From Naegleria gruberi (lineage: Eukaryota), in the NCBI GenBank assembly GCA_000004985.1, contig GG738948.1: 33,919 nucleotides of DNA, one strand, 5' to 3'. Shown here in pieces: positions 21,585-33,583 of this stretch. A program made the translations under genes and the position numbers. The notes under the pieces are model-generated. The model was given only the letters and a program-made list of their open reading frames with translations, had not been told where the DNA came from and made no database searches. Numbering within the stretch: position 1 is the stretch's first letter; every line of letters starts with the position of its first letter.

Positions 21585-24500
21585 NNNNNNNNNNNNNNNN
21601 NNNNNNNNNNNNNNNNNNNNNNNNNNNNNNNNNNNNNNNNNNNNNNNNNNNNNNNNNNNNNNNNNNNNNNNNNNNNNNNNNNNNNNNNNNNNNNNNNNNN
21701 NNNNNNNNNNNNNNNNNNNNNNNNNNNNNNNNNNNNNNNNNNNNNNNNNNNNNNNNNNNNNNNNNNNNNNNNNNNNNNNNNNNNNNNNNNNNNNNNNNNN
21801 NNNNNNNNNNNNNNNNNNNNNNNNNNNNNNNNNNNNNNNNNNNNNNNNNNNNNNNNNNNNNNNNNNNNNNNNNNNNNNNNNNNNNNNNNNNNNNNNNNNN
21901 NNNNNNNNNNNNNNNNNNNNNNNNNNNNNNNNNNNNNNNNNNNNNNNNNNNNNNNNNNNNNNNNNNNNNNNNNNNNNNNNNNNNNNNNNNNNNNNNNNNN
22001 NNNNNNNNNNNNNNNNNNNNNNNNNNNNNNNNNNNNNNNNNNNNNNNNNNNNNNNNNNNNNNNNNNNNNNNNNNNNNNNNNNNNNNNNNNNNNNNNNNNN
22101 NNNNNNNNNNNNNNNNNNNNNNNNNNNNNNNNNNNNNNNNNNNNNNNNNNNNNNNNNNNNNNNNNNNNNNNNNNNNNNNNNNNNNNNNNNNNNNNNNNNN
22201 NNNNNNNNNNNNNNNNNNNNNNNNNNNNNNNNNNNNNNNNNNNNNNNNNNNNNNNNNNNNNNNNNNNNNNNNNNNNNNNNNNNNNNNNNNNNNNNNNNNN
22301 NNNNNNNNNNNNNNNNNNNNNNNNNNNNNNNNNNNNNNNNNNNNNNNNNNNNNNNNNNNNNNNNNNNNNNNNNNNNNNNNNNNNNNNNNNNNNNNNNNNN
22401 NNNNNNNNNNNNNNNNNNNNNNNNNNNNNNNNNNNNNNNNNNNNNNNNNNNNNNNNNNNNNNNNNNNNNNNNNNNNNNNNNNNNNNNNNNNNNNNNNNNN
22501 NNNNNNNNNNNNNNNNNNNNNNNNNNNNNNNNNNNNNNNNNNNNNNNNNNNNNNNNNNNNNNNNNNNNNNNNNNNNNNNNNNNNNNNNNNNNNNNNNNNN
22601 NNNNNNNNNNNNNNNNNNNNNNNNNNNNNNNNNNNNNNNNNNNNNNNNNNNNNNNNNNNNNNNNNNNNNNNNNNNNNNNNNNNNNNNNNNNNNNNNNNNN
22701 NNNNNNNNNNNNNNNNNNNNNNNNNNNNNNNNNNNNNNNNNNNNNNNNNNNNNNNNNNNNNNNNNNNNNNNNNNNNNNNNNNNNNNNNNNNNNNNNNNNN
22801 NNNNNNNNNNNNNNNNNNNNNNNNNNNNNNNNNNNNNNNNNNNNNNNNNNNNNNNNNNNNNNNNNNNNNNNNNNNNNNNNNNNNNNNNNNNNNNNNNNNN
22901 NNNNNNNNNNNNNNNNNNNNNNNNNNNNNNNNNNNNNNNNNNNNNNNNNNNNNNNNNNNNNNNNNNNNNNNNNNNNNNNNNNNNNNNNNNNNNNNNNNNN
23001 NNNNNNNNNNNNNNNNNNNNNNNNNNNNNNNNNNNNNNNNNNNNNNNNNNNNNNNNNNNNNNNNNNNNNNNNNNNNNNNNNNNNNNNNNNNNNNNNNNNN
23101 NNNNNNNNNNNNNNNNNNNNNNNNNNNNNNNNNNNNNNNNNNNNNNNNNNNNNNNNNNNNNNNNNNNNNNNNNNNNNNNNNNNNNNNNNNNNNNNNNNNN
23201 NNNNNNNNNNNNNNNNNNNNNNNNNNNNNNNNNNNNNNNNNNNNNNNNNNNNNNNNNNNNNNNNNNNNNNNNNNNNNNNNNNNNNNNNNNNNNNNNNNNN
23301 NNNNNNNNNNNNNNNNNNNNNNNNNNNNNNNNNNNNNNNNNNNNNNNNNNNNNNNNNNNNNNNNNNNNNNNNNNNNNNNNNNNNNNNNNNNNNNNNNNNN
23401 NNNNNNNNNNNNNNNNNNNNNNNNNNNNNNNNNNNNNNNNNNNNNNNNNNNNNNNNNNNNNNNNNNNNNNNNNNNNNNNNNNNNNNNNNNNNNNNNNNNN
23501 NNNNNNNNNNNNNNNNNNNNNNNNNNNNNNNNNNNNNNNNNNNNNNNNNNNNNNNNNNNNNNNNNNNNNNNNNNNNNNNNNNNNNNNNNNNNNNNNNNNN
23601 NNNNNNNNNNNNNNNNNNNNNNNNNNNNNNNNNNNNNNNNNNNNNNNNNNNNNNNNNNNNNNNNNNNNNNNNNNNNNNNNNNNNNNNNNNNNNNNNNNNN
23701 NNNNNNNNNNNNNNNNNNNNNNNNNNNNNNNNNNNNNNNNNNNNNNNNNNNNNNNNNNNNNNNNNNNNNNNNNNNNNNNNNNNNNNNNNNNNNNNNNNNN
23801 NNNNNNNNNNNNNNNNNNNNNNNNNNNNNNNNNNNNNNNNNNNNNNNNNNNNNNNNNNNNNNNNNNNNNNNNNNNNNNNNNNNNNNNNNNNNNNNNNNNN
23901 NNNNNNNNNNNNNNNNNNNNNNNNNNNNNNNNNNNNNNNNNNNNNNNNNNNNNNNNNNNNNNNNNNNNNNNNNNNNNNNNNNNNNNNNNNNNNNNNNNNN
24001 NNNNNNNNNNNNNNNNNNNNNNNNNNNNNNNNNNNNNNNNNNNNNNNNNNNNNNNNNNNNNNNNNNNNNNNNNNNNNNNNNNNNNNNNNNNNNNNNNNNN
24101 NNNNNNNNNNNNNNNNNNNNNNNNNNNNNNNNNNNNNNNNNNNNNNNNNNNNNNNNNNNNNNNNNNNNNNNNNNNNNNNNNNNNNNNNNNNNNNNNNNNN
24201 NNNNNNNNNNNNNNNNNNNNNNNNNNNNNNNNNNNNNNNNNNNNNNNNNNNNNNNNNNNNNNNNNNNNNNNNNNNNNNNNNNNNNNNNNNNNNNNNNNNN
24301 NNNNNNNNNNNNNNNNNNNNNNNNNNNNNNNNNNNNNNNNNNNNNNNNNNNNNNNNNNNNNNNNNNNNNNNNNNNNNNNNNNNNNNNNNNNNNNNNNNNN
24401 NNNNNNNNNNNNNNNNNNNNNNNNNNNNNNNNNNNNNNNNNNNNNNNNNNNNNNNNNNNNNNNNNNNNNNNNNNNNNNNNNNNNNNNNNNNNNNNNNNNN

Positions 24501-26234
24501 NNNNNNNNNNNNNNNNNNNNNNNNNNNNNNNNNNNNNNNNNNNNNNNNNNNNNNNNNNNNNNNNNNNNNNNNNNNNNNNNNNNNNNNNNNNNNNNNNNNN
24601 NNNNNNNNNNNNNNNNNNNNNNNNNNNNNNNNNNNNNNNNNNNNNNNNNNNNNNNNNNNNNNNNNNNNNNNNNNNNNNNNNNNNNNNNNNNNNNNNNNNN
24701 NNNNNNNNNNNNNNNNNNNNNNNNNNNNNNNNNNNNNNNNNNNNNNNNNNNNNNNNNNNNNNNNNNNNNNNNNNNNNNNNNNNNNNNNNNNNNNNNNNNN
24801 NNNNNNNNNNNNNNNNNNNNNNNNNNNNNNNNNNNNNNNNNNNNNNNNNNNNNNNNNNNNNNNNNNNNNNNNNNNNNNNNNNNNNNNNNNNNNNNNNNNN
24901 NNNNNNNNNNNNNNNNNNNNNNNNNNNNNNNNNNNNNNNNNNNNNNNNNNNNNNNNNNNNNNNNNNNNNNNNNNNNNNNNNNNNNNNNNNNNNNNNNNNN
25001 NNNNNNNNNNNNNNNNNNNNNNNNNNNNNNNNNNNNNNNNNNNNNNNNNNNNNNNNNNNNNNNNNNNNNNNNNNNNNNNNNNNNNNNNNNNNNNNNNNNN
25101 NNNNNNNNNNNNNNNNNNNNNNNNNNNNNNNNNNNNNNNNNNNNNNNNNNNNNNNNNNNNNNNNNNNNNNNNNNNNNNNNNNNNNNNNNNNNNNNNNNNN
25201 NNNNNNNNNNNNNNNNNNNNNNNNNNNNNNNNNNNNNNNNNNNNNNNNNNNNNNNNNNNNNNNNNNNNNNNNNNNNNNNNNNNNNNNNNNNNNNNNNNNN
25301 NNNNNNNNNNNNNNNNNNNNNNNNNNNNNNNNNNNNNNNNNNNNNNNNNNNNNNNNNNNNNNNNNNNNNNNNNNNNNNNNNNNNNNNNNNNNNNNNNNNN
25401 NNNNNNNNNNNNNNNNNNNNNNNNNNNNNNNNNNNNNNNNNNNNNNNNNNNNNNNNNNNNNNNNNNNNNNNNNNNNNNNNNNNNNNNNNNNNNNNNNNNN
25501 NNNNNNNNNNNNNNNNNNNNNNNNNNNNNNNNNNNNNNNNNNNNNNNNNNNNNNNNNNNNNNNNNNNNNNNNNNNNNNNNNNNNNNNNNNNNNNNNNNNN
25601 NNNNNNNNNNNNNNNNNNNNNNNNNNNNNNNNNNNNNNNNNNNNNNNNNNNNNNNNNNNNNNNNNNNNNNNNNNNNNNNNNNNNNNNNNNNNNNNNNNNN
25701 NNNNNNNNNNNNNNNNNNNNNNNNNNNNNNNNNNNNNNNNNNNNNNNNNNNNNNNNNNNNNNNNNNNNNNNNNNNNNNNNNNNNNNNNNNNNNNNNNNNN
25801 NNNNNNNNNNNNNNNNNNNNNNNNNNNNNNNNNNNNNNNNNNNNNNNNNNNNNNNNNNNNNNNNNNNNNNNNNNNNNNNNNNNNNNNNNNNNNNNNNNNN
25901 NNNNNNNNNNNNNNNNNNNNNNNNNNNNNNNNNNNNNNNNNNNNNNNNNNNNNNNNNNNNNNNNNNNNNNNNNNNNNNNNNNNNNNNNNNNNNNNNNNNN
26001 NNNNNNNNNNNNNNNNNNNNNNNNNNNNNNNNNNNNNNNNNNNNNNNNNNNNNNNNNNNNNNNNNNNNNNNNNNNNNNNNNNNNNNNNNNNNNNNNNNNN
26101 NNNNNNNNNNNNNNNNNNNNNNNNNNNNNNNNNNNNNNNNNNNNNNNNNNNNNNNNNNNNNNNNNNNNNNNNNNNNNNNNNNNNNNNNNNNNNNNNNNNN
26201 NNNNNNNNNNNNNNNNNNNNNNNNNNNNNNNNNN
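21585..26234. other. N-run, 4,650 nt
   Basis: Uninterrupted N. Confidence 0.95.
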
Positions 26235-26304
26235 TTTAAATTATTTTAAACTAGTGGAATAAATTCTAAACTTTTCTTCAACCGCTAGTTTAAAATAATT
26301 TAAA
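26235..26304. repeat. 23-bp inverted repeat (22/23 match) with a 24-nt spacer, starting at the first base after the N-run and ending 19 nt upstream of the esterase ATG
   Basis: Arm 1 is 26235-26257 (tttaaattattttaaactagtgg). Arm 2 is 26282-26304 (ccgctagtttaaaataatttaaa), which is the reverse complement of arm 1 apart from one A/G mismatch. Arm 1 may extend into the gap. Confidence 0.6.
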
Positions 26305-26323
26305 TAAATTAATTTAAAAAAAA

Positions 26324-27391
26324 ATGGTTTATCACTTTATTGTTCTCTCGCATGGAAATAACGGCCAGCACGAGGATATGGAATATTTACAACATGACAT
26401 CCAGTTAGAATTTCATAAGAAATATCCAATTTTGGATTCAATTCTTCCCGATGATCAATTATTTGCTCTGCGTCCATCATCAAACTCCAAGGACACACAT
26501 CATGGAGTGGCAGTTGGTGGTAAGAGAATGGCCCAAGAAATTATTGAATATTTCAGGAAGGAAATTTTACCCAAATTTACTGAAAGAAACAAGAAGGTTA
26601 AATTTTCCCTAATTGGTCATTCGTTAGGAGGTCTCTATTGTAGATATGCTGCCTATGTGTTGATGAATGAATATGAGGATGAATTCTCTAAATATTTTGA
26701 GCCAATTGGGTTGACAACTATTTGTTCTCCTCATTTGGGATCGAAGAGAACTAGCAGTGGAGGATGGACTGATTTATATGGAAATGTTGTGAGTACAATT
26801 GCAAATACATATGTGGGACACTTTCTTGGTGATACTGGTAAGCAATTGGCTTTGAGTGATCCATTGCTGATGGAGATGTCAGAACCAGAATCGAAATTTA
26901 TATCTGCATGGAATAGTTTCAAATTCAAGACACTGATTGGAAGTACTCATTACGACATTTCAGTTCCTCATTCAGGGGCTTGCATCTGTGCAAAATCTAC
27001 ATTCCAACCTCCACAGAAAGGTCCTATTGAGTTTTCAATTGTTGGACACAGTGGATTTGATTCAGATAATTATTCAGATATTTTCACACAAGATAAGGAG
27101 TTAGATTTTCAAGTTGAGGACTTTGATGAATCAATTGAATTCATTCCAGATTCCAGTAATGAAAATTTAATAAGCACCAAAATGCTCAATAATTTACAAA
27201 AGCATGTAAATTGTAGAAGAATTCACATTCAATTTTCCTATCCATCATTCTATCATTGCATGAATGGTTTTGTCCATGACGTGGTCATTAACAAGGTAAA
27301 GATGCATTATTGGATAAACAAGAATGAGAATGCTGCCATTGATTGTGTTAATACCATTGCTAGAATGGTCATTACTGATCATTCCCAATAA
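26324..27391 (+). CDS. DUF676-family putative serine esterase/lipase (alpha/beta hydrolase), 355 aa, single exon
   Basis: The N-terminus HFIVLSHGNNGQHEDM and the nucleophile elbow LIGHSLGGLYCRYAAY are characteristic of DUF676 (PF05057) lipase-like proteins. The ATG is at 26324 and the stop is TAA at 27389-27391. Confidence 0.75.
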   Translation: MVYHFIVLSHGNNGQHEDMEYLQHDIQLEFHKKYPILDSILPDDQLFALRPSSNSKDTHHGVAVGGKRMAQEIIEYFRKEILPKFTERNKKVKFSLIGHSLGGLYCRYAAYVLMNEYEDEFSKYFEPIGLTTICSPHLGSKRTSSGGWTDLYGNVVSTIANTYVGHFLGDTGKQLALSDPLLMEMSEPESKFISAWNSFKFKTLIGSTHYDISVPHSGACICAKSTFQPPQKGPIEFSIVGHSGFDSDNYSDIFTQDKELDFQVEDFDESIEFIPDSSNENLISTKMLNNLQKHVNCRRIHIQFSYPSFYHCMNGFVHDVVINKVKMHYWINKNENAAIDCVNTIARMVITDHSQ

Positions 27392-27440
27392 GTTCAAAAG
27401 AAATTGTTTCAGGAAACGAAATTATTGTAAATATTAATTA

Positions 27441-30400
27441 NNNNNNNNNNNNNNNNNNNNNNNNNNNNNNNNNNNNNNNNNNNNNNNNNNNNNNNNNNNN
27501 NNNNNNNNNNNNNNNNNNNNNNNNNNNNNNNNNNNNNNNNNNNNNNNNNNNNNNNNNNNNNNNNNNNNNNNNNNNNNNNNNNNNNNNNNNNNNNNNNNNN
27601 NNNNNNNNNNNNNNNNNNNNNNNNNNNNNNNNNNNNNNNNNNNNNNNNNNNNNNNNNNNNNNNNNNNNNNNNNNNNNNNNNNNNNNNNNNNNNNNNNNNN
27701 NNNNNNNNNNNNNNNNNNNNNNNNNNNNNNNNNNNNNNNNNNNNNNNNNNNNNNNNNNNNNNNNNNNNNNNNNNNNNNNNNNNNNNNNNNNNNNNNNNNN
27801 NNNNNNNNNNNNNNNNNNNNNNNNNNNNNNNNNNNNNNNNNNNNNNNNNNNNNNNNNNNNNNNNNNNNNNNNNNNNNNNNNNNNNNNNNNNNNNNNNNNN
27901 NNNNNNNNNNNNNNNNNNNNNNNNNNNNNNNNNNNNNNNNNNNNNNNNNNNNNNNNNNNNNNNNNNNNNNNNNNNNNNNNNNNNNNNNNNNNNNNNNNNN
28001 NNNNNNNNNNNNNNNNNNNNNNNNNNNNNNNNNNNNNNNNNNNNNNNNNNNNNNNNNNNNNNNNNNNNNNNNNNNNNNNNNNNNNNNNNNNNNNNNNNNN
28101 NNNNNNNNNNNNNNNNNNNNNNNNNNNNNNNNNNNNNNNNNNNNNNNNNNNNNNNNNNNNNNNNNNNNNNNNNNNNNNNNNNNNNNNNNNNNNNNNNNNN
28201 NNNNNNNNNNNNNNNNNNNNNNNNNNNNNNNNNNNNNNNNNNNNNNNNNNNNNNNNNNNNNNNNNNNNNNNNNNNNNNNNNNNNNNNNNNNNNNNNNNNN
28301 NNNNNNNNNNNNNNNNNNNNNNNNNNNNNNNNNNNNNNNNNNNNNNNNNNNNNNNNNNNNNNNNNNNNNNNNNNNNNNNNNNNNNNNNNNNNNNNNNNNN
28401 NNNNNNNNNNNNNNNNNNNNNNNNNNNNNNNNNNNNNNNNNNNNNNNNNNNNNNNNNNNNNNNNNNNNNNNNNNNNNNNNNNNNNNNNNNNNNNNNNNNN
28501 NNNNNNNNNNNNNNNNNNNNNNNNNNNNNNNNNNNNNNNNNNNNNNNNNNNNNNNNNNNNNNNNNNNNNNNNNNNNNNNNNNNNNNNNNNNNNNNNNNNN
28601 NNNNNNNNNNNNNNNNNNNNNNNNNNNNNNNNNNNNNNNNNNNNNNNNNNNNNNNNNNNNNNNNNNNNNNNNNNNNNNNNNNNNNNNNNNNNNNNNNNNN
28701 NNNNNNNNNNNNNNNNNNNNNNNNNNNNNNNNNNNNNNNNNNNNNNNNNNNNNNNNNNNNNNNNNNNNNNNNNNNNNNNNNNNNNNNNNNNNNNNNNNNN
28801 NNNNNNNNNNNNNNNNNNNNNNNNNNNNNNNNNNNNNNNNNNNNNNNNNNNNNNNNNNNNNNNNNNNNNNNNNNNNNNNNNNNNNNNNNNNNNNNNNNNN
28901 NNNNNNNNNNNNNNNNNNNNNNNNNNNNNNNNNNNNNNNNNNNNNNNNNNNNNNNNNNNNNNNNNNNNNNNNNNNNNNNNNNNNNNNNNNNNNNNNNNNN
29001 NNNNNNNNNNNNNNNNNNNNNNNNNNNNNNNNNNNNNNNNNNNNNNNNNNNNNNNNNNNNNNNNNNNNNNNNNNNNNNNNNNNNNNNNNNNNNNNNNNNN
29101 NNNNNNNNNNNNNNNNNNNNNNNNNNNNNNNNNNNNNNNNNNNNNNNNNNNNNNNNNNNNNNNNNNNNNNNNNNNNNNNNNNNNNNNNNNNNNNNNNNNN
29201 NNNNNNNNNNNNNNNNNNNNNNNNNNNNNNNNNNNNNNNNNNNNNNNNNNNNNNNNNNNNNNNNNNNNNNNNNNNNNNNNNNNNNNNNNNNNNNNNNNNN
29301 NNNNNNNNNNNNNNNNNNNNNNNNNNNNNNNNNNNNNNNNNNNNNNNNNNNNNNNNNNNNNNNNNNNNNNNNNNNNNNNNNNNNNNNNNNNNNNNNNNNN
29401 NNNNNNNNNNNNNNNNNNNNNNNNNNNNNNNNNNNNNNNNNNNNNNNNNNNNNNNNNNNNNNNNNNNNNNNNNNNNNNNNNNNNNNNNNNNNNNNNNNNN
29501 NNNNNNNNNNNNNNNNNNNNNNNNNNNNNNNNNNNNNNNNNNNNNNNNNNNNNNNNNNNNNNNNNNNNNNNNNNNNNNNNNNNNNNNNNNNNNNNNNNNN
29601 NNNNNNNNNNNNNNNNNNNNNNNNNNNNNNNNNNNNNNNNNNNNNNNNNNNNNNNNNNNNNNNNNNNNNNNNNNNNNNNNNNNNNNNNNNNNNNNNNNNN
29701 NNNNNNNNNNNNNNNNNNNNNNNNNNNNNNNNNNNNNNNNNNNNNNNNNNNNNNNNNNNNNNNNNNNNNNNNNNNNNNNNNNNNNNNNNNNNNNNNNNNN
29801 NNNNNNNNNNNNNNNNNNNNNNNNNNNNNNNNNNNNNNNNNNNNNNNNNNNNNNNNNNNNNNNNNNNNNNNNNNNNNNNNNNNNNNNNNNNNNNNNNNNN
29901 NNNNNNNNNNNNNNNNNNNNNNNNNNNNNNNNNNNNNNNNNNNNNNNNNNNNNNNNNNNNNNNNNNNNNNNNNNNNNNNNNNNNNNNNNNNNNNNNNNNN
30001 NNNNNNNNNNNNNNNNNNNNNNNNNNNNNNNNNNNNNNNNNNNNNNNNNNNNNNNNNNNNNNNNNNNNNNNNNNNNNNNNNNNNNNNNNNNNNNNNNNNN
30101 NNNNNNNNNNNNNNNNNNNNNNNNNNNNNNNNNNNNNNNNNNNNNNNNNNNNNNNNNNNNNNNNNNNNNNNNNNNNNNNNNNNNNNNNNNNNNNNNNNNN
30201 NNNNNNNNNNNNNNNNNNNNNNNNNNNNNNNNNNNNNNNNNNNNNNNNNNNNNNNNNNNNNNNNNNNNNNNNNNNNNNNNNNNNNNNNNNNNNNNNNNNN
30301 NNNNNNNNNNNNNNNNNNNNNNNNNNNNNNNNNNNNNNNNNNNNNNNNNNNNNNNNNNNNNNNNNNNNNNNNNNNNNNNNNNNNNNNNNNNNNNNNNNNN

Positions 30401-32780
30401 NNNNNNNNNNNNNNNNNNNNNNNNNNNNNNNNNNNNNNNNNNNNNNNNNNNNNNNNNNNNNNNNNNNNNNNNNNNNNNNNNNNNNNNNNNNNNNNNNNNN
30501 NNNNNNNNNNNNNNNNNNNNNNNNNNNNNNNNNNNNNNNNNNNNNNNNNNNNNNNNNNNNNNNNNNNNNNNNNNNNNNNNNNNNNNNNNNNNNNNNNNNN
30601 NNNNNNNNNNNNNNNNNNNNNNNNNNNNNNNNNNNNNNNNNNNNNNNNNNNNNNNNNNNNNNNNNNNNNNNNNNNNNNNNNNNNNNNNNNNNNNNNNNNN
30701 NNNNNNNNNNNNNNNNNNNNNNNNNNNNNNNNNNNNNNNNNNNNNNNNNNNNNNNNNNNNNNNNNNNNNNNNNNNNNNNNNNNNNNNNNNNNNNNNNNNN
30801 NNNNNNNNNNNNNNNNNNNNNNNNNNNNNNNNNNNNNNNNNNNNNNNNNNNNNNNNNNNNNNNNNNNNNNNNNNNNNNNNNNNNNNNNNNNNNNNNNNNN
30901 NNNNNNNNNNNNNNNNNNNNNNNNNNNNNNNNNNNNNNNNNNNNNNNNNNNNNNNNNNNNNNNNNNNNNNNNNNNNNNNNNNNNNNNNNNNNNNNNNNNN
31001 NNNNNNNNNNNNNNNNNNNNNNNNNNNNNNNNNNNNNNNNNNNNNNNNNNNNNNNNNNNNNNNNNNNNNNNNNNNNNNNNNNNNNNNNNNNNNNNNNNNN
31101 NNNNNNNNNNNNNNNNNNNNNNNNNNNNNNNNNNNNNNNNNNNNNNNNNNNNNNNNNNNNNNNNNNNNNNNNNNNNNNNNNNNNNNNNNNNNNNNNNNNN
31201 NNNNNNNNNNNNNNNNNNNNNNNNNNNNNNNNNNNNNNNNNNNNNNNNNNNNNNNNNNNNNNNNNNNNNNNNNNNNNNNNNNNNNNNNNNNNNNNNNNNN
31301 NNNNNNNNNNNNNNNNNNNNNNNNNNNNNNNNNNNNNNNNNNNNNNNNNNNNNNNNNNNNNNNNNNNNNNNNNNNNNNNNNNNNNNNNNNNNNNNNNNNN
31401 NNNNNNNNNNNNNNNNNNNNNNNNNNNNNNNNNNNNNNNNNNNNNNNNNNNNNNNNNNNNNNNNNNNNNNNNNNNNNNNNNNNNNNNNNNNNNNNNNNNN
31501 NNNNNNNNNNNNNNNNNNNNNNNNNNNNNNNNNNNNNNNNNNNNNNNNNNNNNNNNNNNNNNNNNNNNNNNNNNNNNNNNNNNNNNNNNNNNNNNNNNNN
31601 NNNNNNNNNNNNNNNNNNNNNNNNNNNNNNNNNNNNNNNNNNNNNNNNNNNNNNNNNNNNNNNNNNNNNNNNNNNNNNNNNNNNNNNNNNNNNNNNNNNN
31701 NNNNNNNNNNNNNNNNNNNNNNNNNNNNNNNNNNNNNNNNNNNNNNNNNNNNNNNNNNNNNNNNNNNNNNNNNNNNNNNNNNNNNNNNNNNNNNNNNNNN
31801 NNNNNNNNNNNNNNNNNNNNNNNNNNNNNNNNNNNNNNNNNNNNNNNNNNNNNNNNNNNNNNNNNNNNNNNNNNNNNNNNNNNNNNNNNNNNNNNNNNNN
31901 NNNNNNNNNNNNNNNNNNNNNNNNNNNNNNNNNNNNNNNNNNNNNNNNNNNNNNNNNNNNNNNNNNNNNNNNNNNNNNNNNNNNNNNNNNNNNNNNNNNN
32001 NNNNNNNNNNNNNNNNNNNNNNNNNNNNNNNNNNNNNNNNNNNNNNNNNNNNNNNNNNNNNNNNNNNNNNNNNNNNNNNNNNNNNNNNNNNNNNNNNNNN
32101 NNNNNNNNNNNNNNNNNNNNNNNNNNNNNNNNNNNNNNNNNNNNNNNNNNNNNNNNNNNNNNNNNNNNNNNNNNNNNNNNNNNNNNNNNNNNNNNNNNNN
32201 NNNNNNNNNNNNNNNNNNNNNNNNNNNNNNNNNNNNNNNNNNNNNNNNNNNNNNNNNNNNNNNNNNNNNNNNNNNNNNNNNNNNNNNNNNNNNNNNNNNN
32301 NNNNNNNNNNNNNNNNNNNNNNNNNNNNNNNNNNNNNNNNNNNNNNNNNNNNNNNNNNNNNNNNNNNNNNNNNNNNNNNNNNNNNNNNNNNNNNNNNNNN
32401 NNNNNNNNNNNNNNNNNNNNNNNNNNNNNNNNNNNNNNNNNNNNNNNNNNNNNNNNNNNNNNNNNNNNNNNNNNNNNNNNNNNNNNNNNNNNNNNNNNNN
32501 NNNNNNNNNNNNNNNNNNNNNNNNNNNNNNNNNNNNNNNNNNNNNNNNNNNNNNNNNNNNNNNNNNNNNNNNNNNNNNNNNNNNNNNNNNNNNNNNNNNN
32601 NNNNNNNNNNNNNNNNNNNNNNNNNNNNNNNNNNNNNNNNNNNNNNNNNNNNNNNNNNNNNNNNNNNNNNNNNNNNNNNNNNNNNNNNNNNNNNNNNNNN
32701 NNNNNNNNNNNNNNNNNNNNNNNNNNNNNNNNNNNNNNNNNNNNNNNNNNNNNNNNNNNNNNNNNNNNNNNNNNNNNNNN
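27441..32780. other. N-run, 5,340 nt
   Basis: Uninterrupted N. Confidence 0.95.
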
Positions 32781-33270
32781 ATTCTTCAACTGATTTCTTA
32801 TTGGCACGATACGAAATGAATGGTTCACTCCATTGTAATTTGCATCTGTGAGCGAGAGCTTTCAATGGATTCAACAAGTCATCGAGTGGAATCAAATTCT
32901 GACCTTGTGGAGTGTATGCCTCCTCAAAATTACCAGCAGTAACAGAAATCATAAATTGCTTTCCCTCCATTTTCAATCCTTCCTCTCCATATCGAATATA
33001 GTACATTCTAGTAAAGGTTTCATCAATCCATTGTTTCATAAAAGCTGGCATTGAGTACCATTGGATTGGAAATTGAAAGATAATTCTGTCTGCATTCAAA
33101 AGTCTTTGAATATCTGAATTGGAATCAAACTTGTTACCATTTTCAGTAAATATTTGATGCATGTTTACAATTTCAATATTGTCAAGAGTTGACAAGGCCT
33201 TTATCATGGAACGATTGGCTTGAGAGCTTTCAAATCTTTCGTGGAAGAAGAATACAAGAGTTTTAGACAT
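32781..33270 (-). CDS. flavodoxin-like-fold NAD(P)H-dependent oxidoreductase (KefG/MdaB/Flavodoxin_2 family), 3' end in N-gap
   Basis: MSKTLVFFFHERFESSQANRSMIKA…ADRIIFQFPIQWYSMPAFMKQWIDETF aligns well with E. coli KefG (…[20 protein letters not shown]…[27 protein letters not shown]). I prefer the ATG at 33270; an upstream ATG at 33345 would add a 25-aa extension unsupported by the family. About 163 aa are resolved. Confidence 0.65.
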
Positions 33271-33583
33271 TTTGTTTTGATTGTTGTTTGTTTCGAATAG
33301 TTGTGAAACATTAGAAATTAAATAGTATTTCTGAAATGTCTCCATTTGGATTTGTGCTTGCGCTTGGCGGATTATTTAATAGCTCAAATAAATCGAACAT
33401 TAAATTTTCTATGCGATTGGGACGTAACAATTCATTCTATTTACCATCTATTTGGGACTAATTATTTTGTTACTTTACAACTATTATTCCTCATTCCATA
33501 CTGAATTAATTGCCAACAGCACAACATTTTTGTAAACTTCATTCTAAAATTACAACAACAAAAAAAATAGATAGACAACCGAG

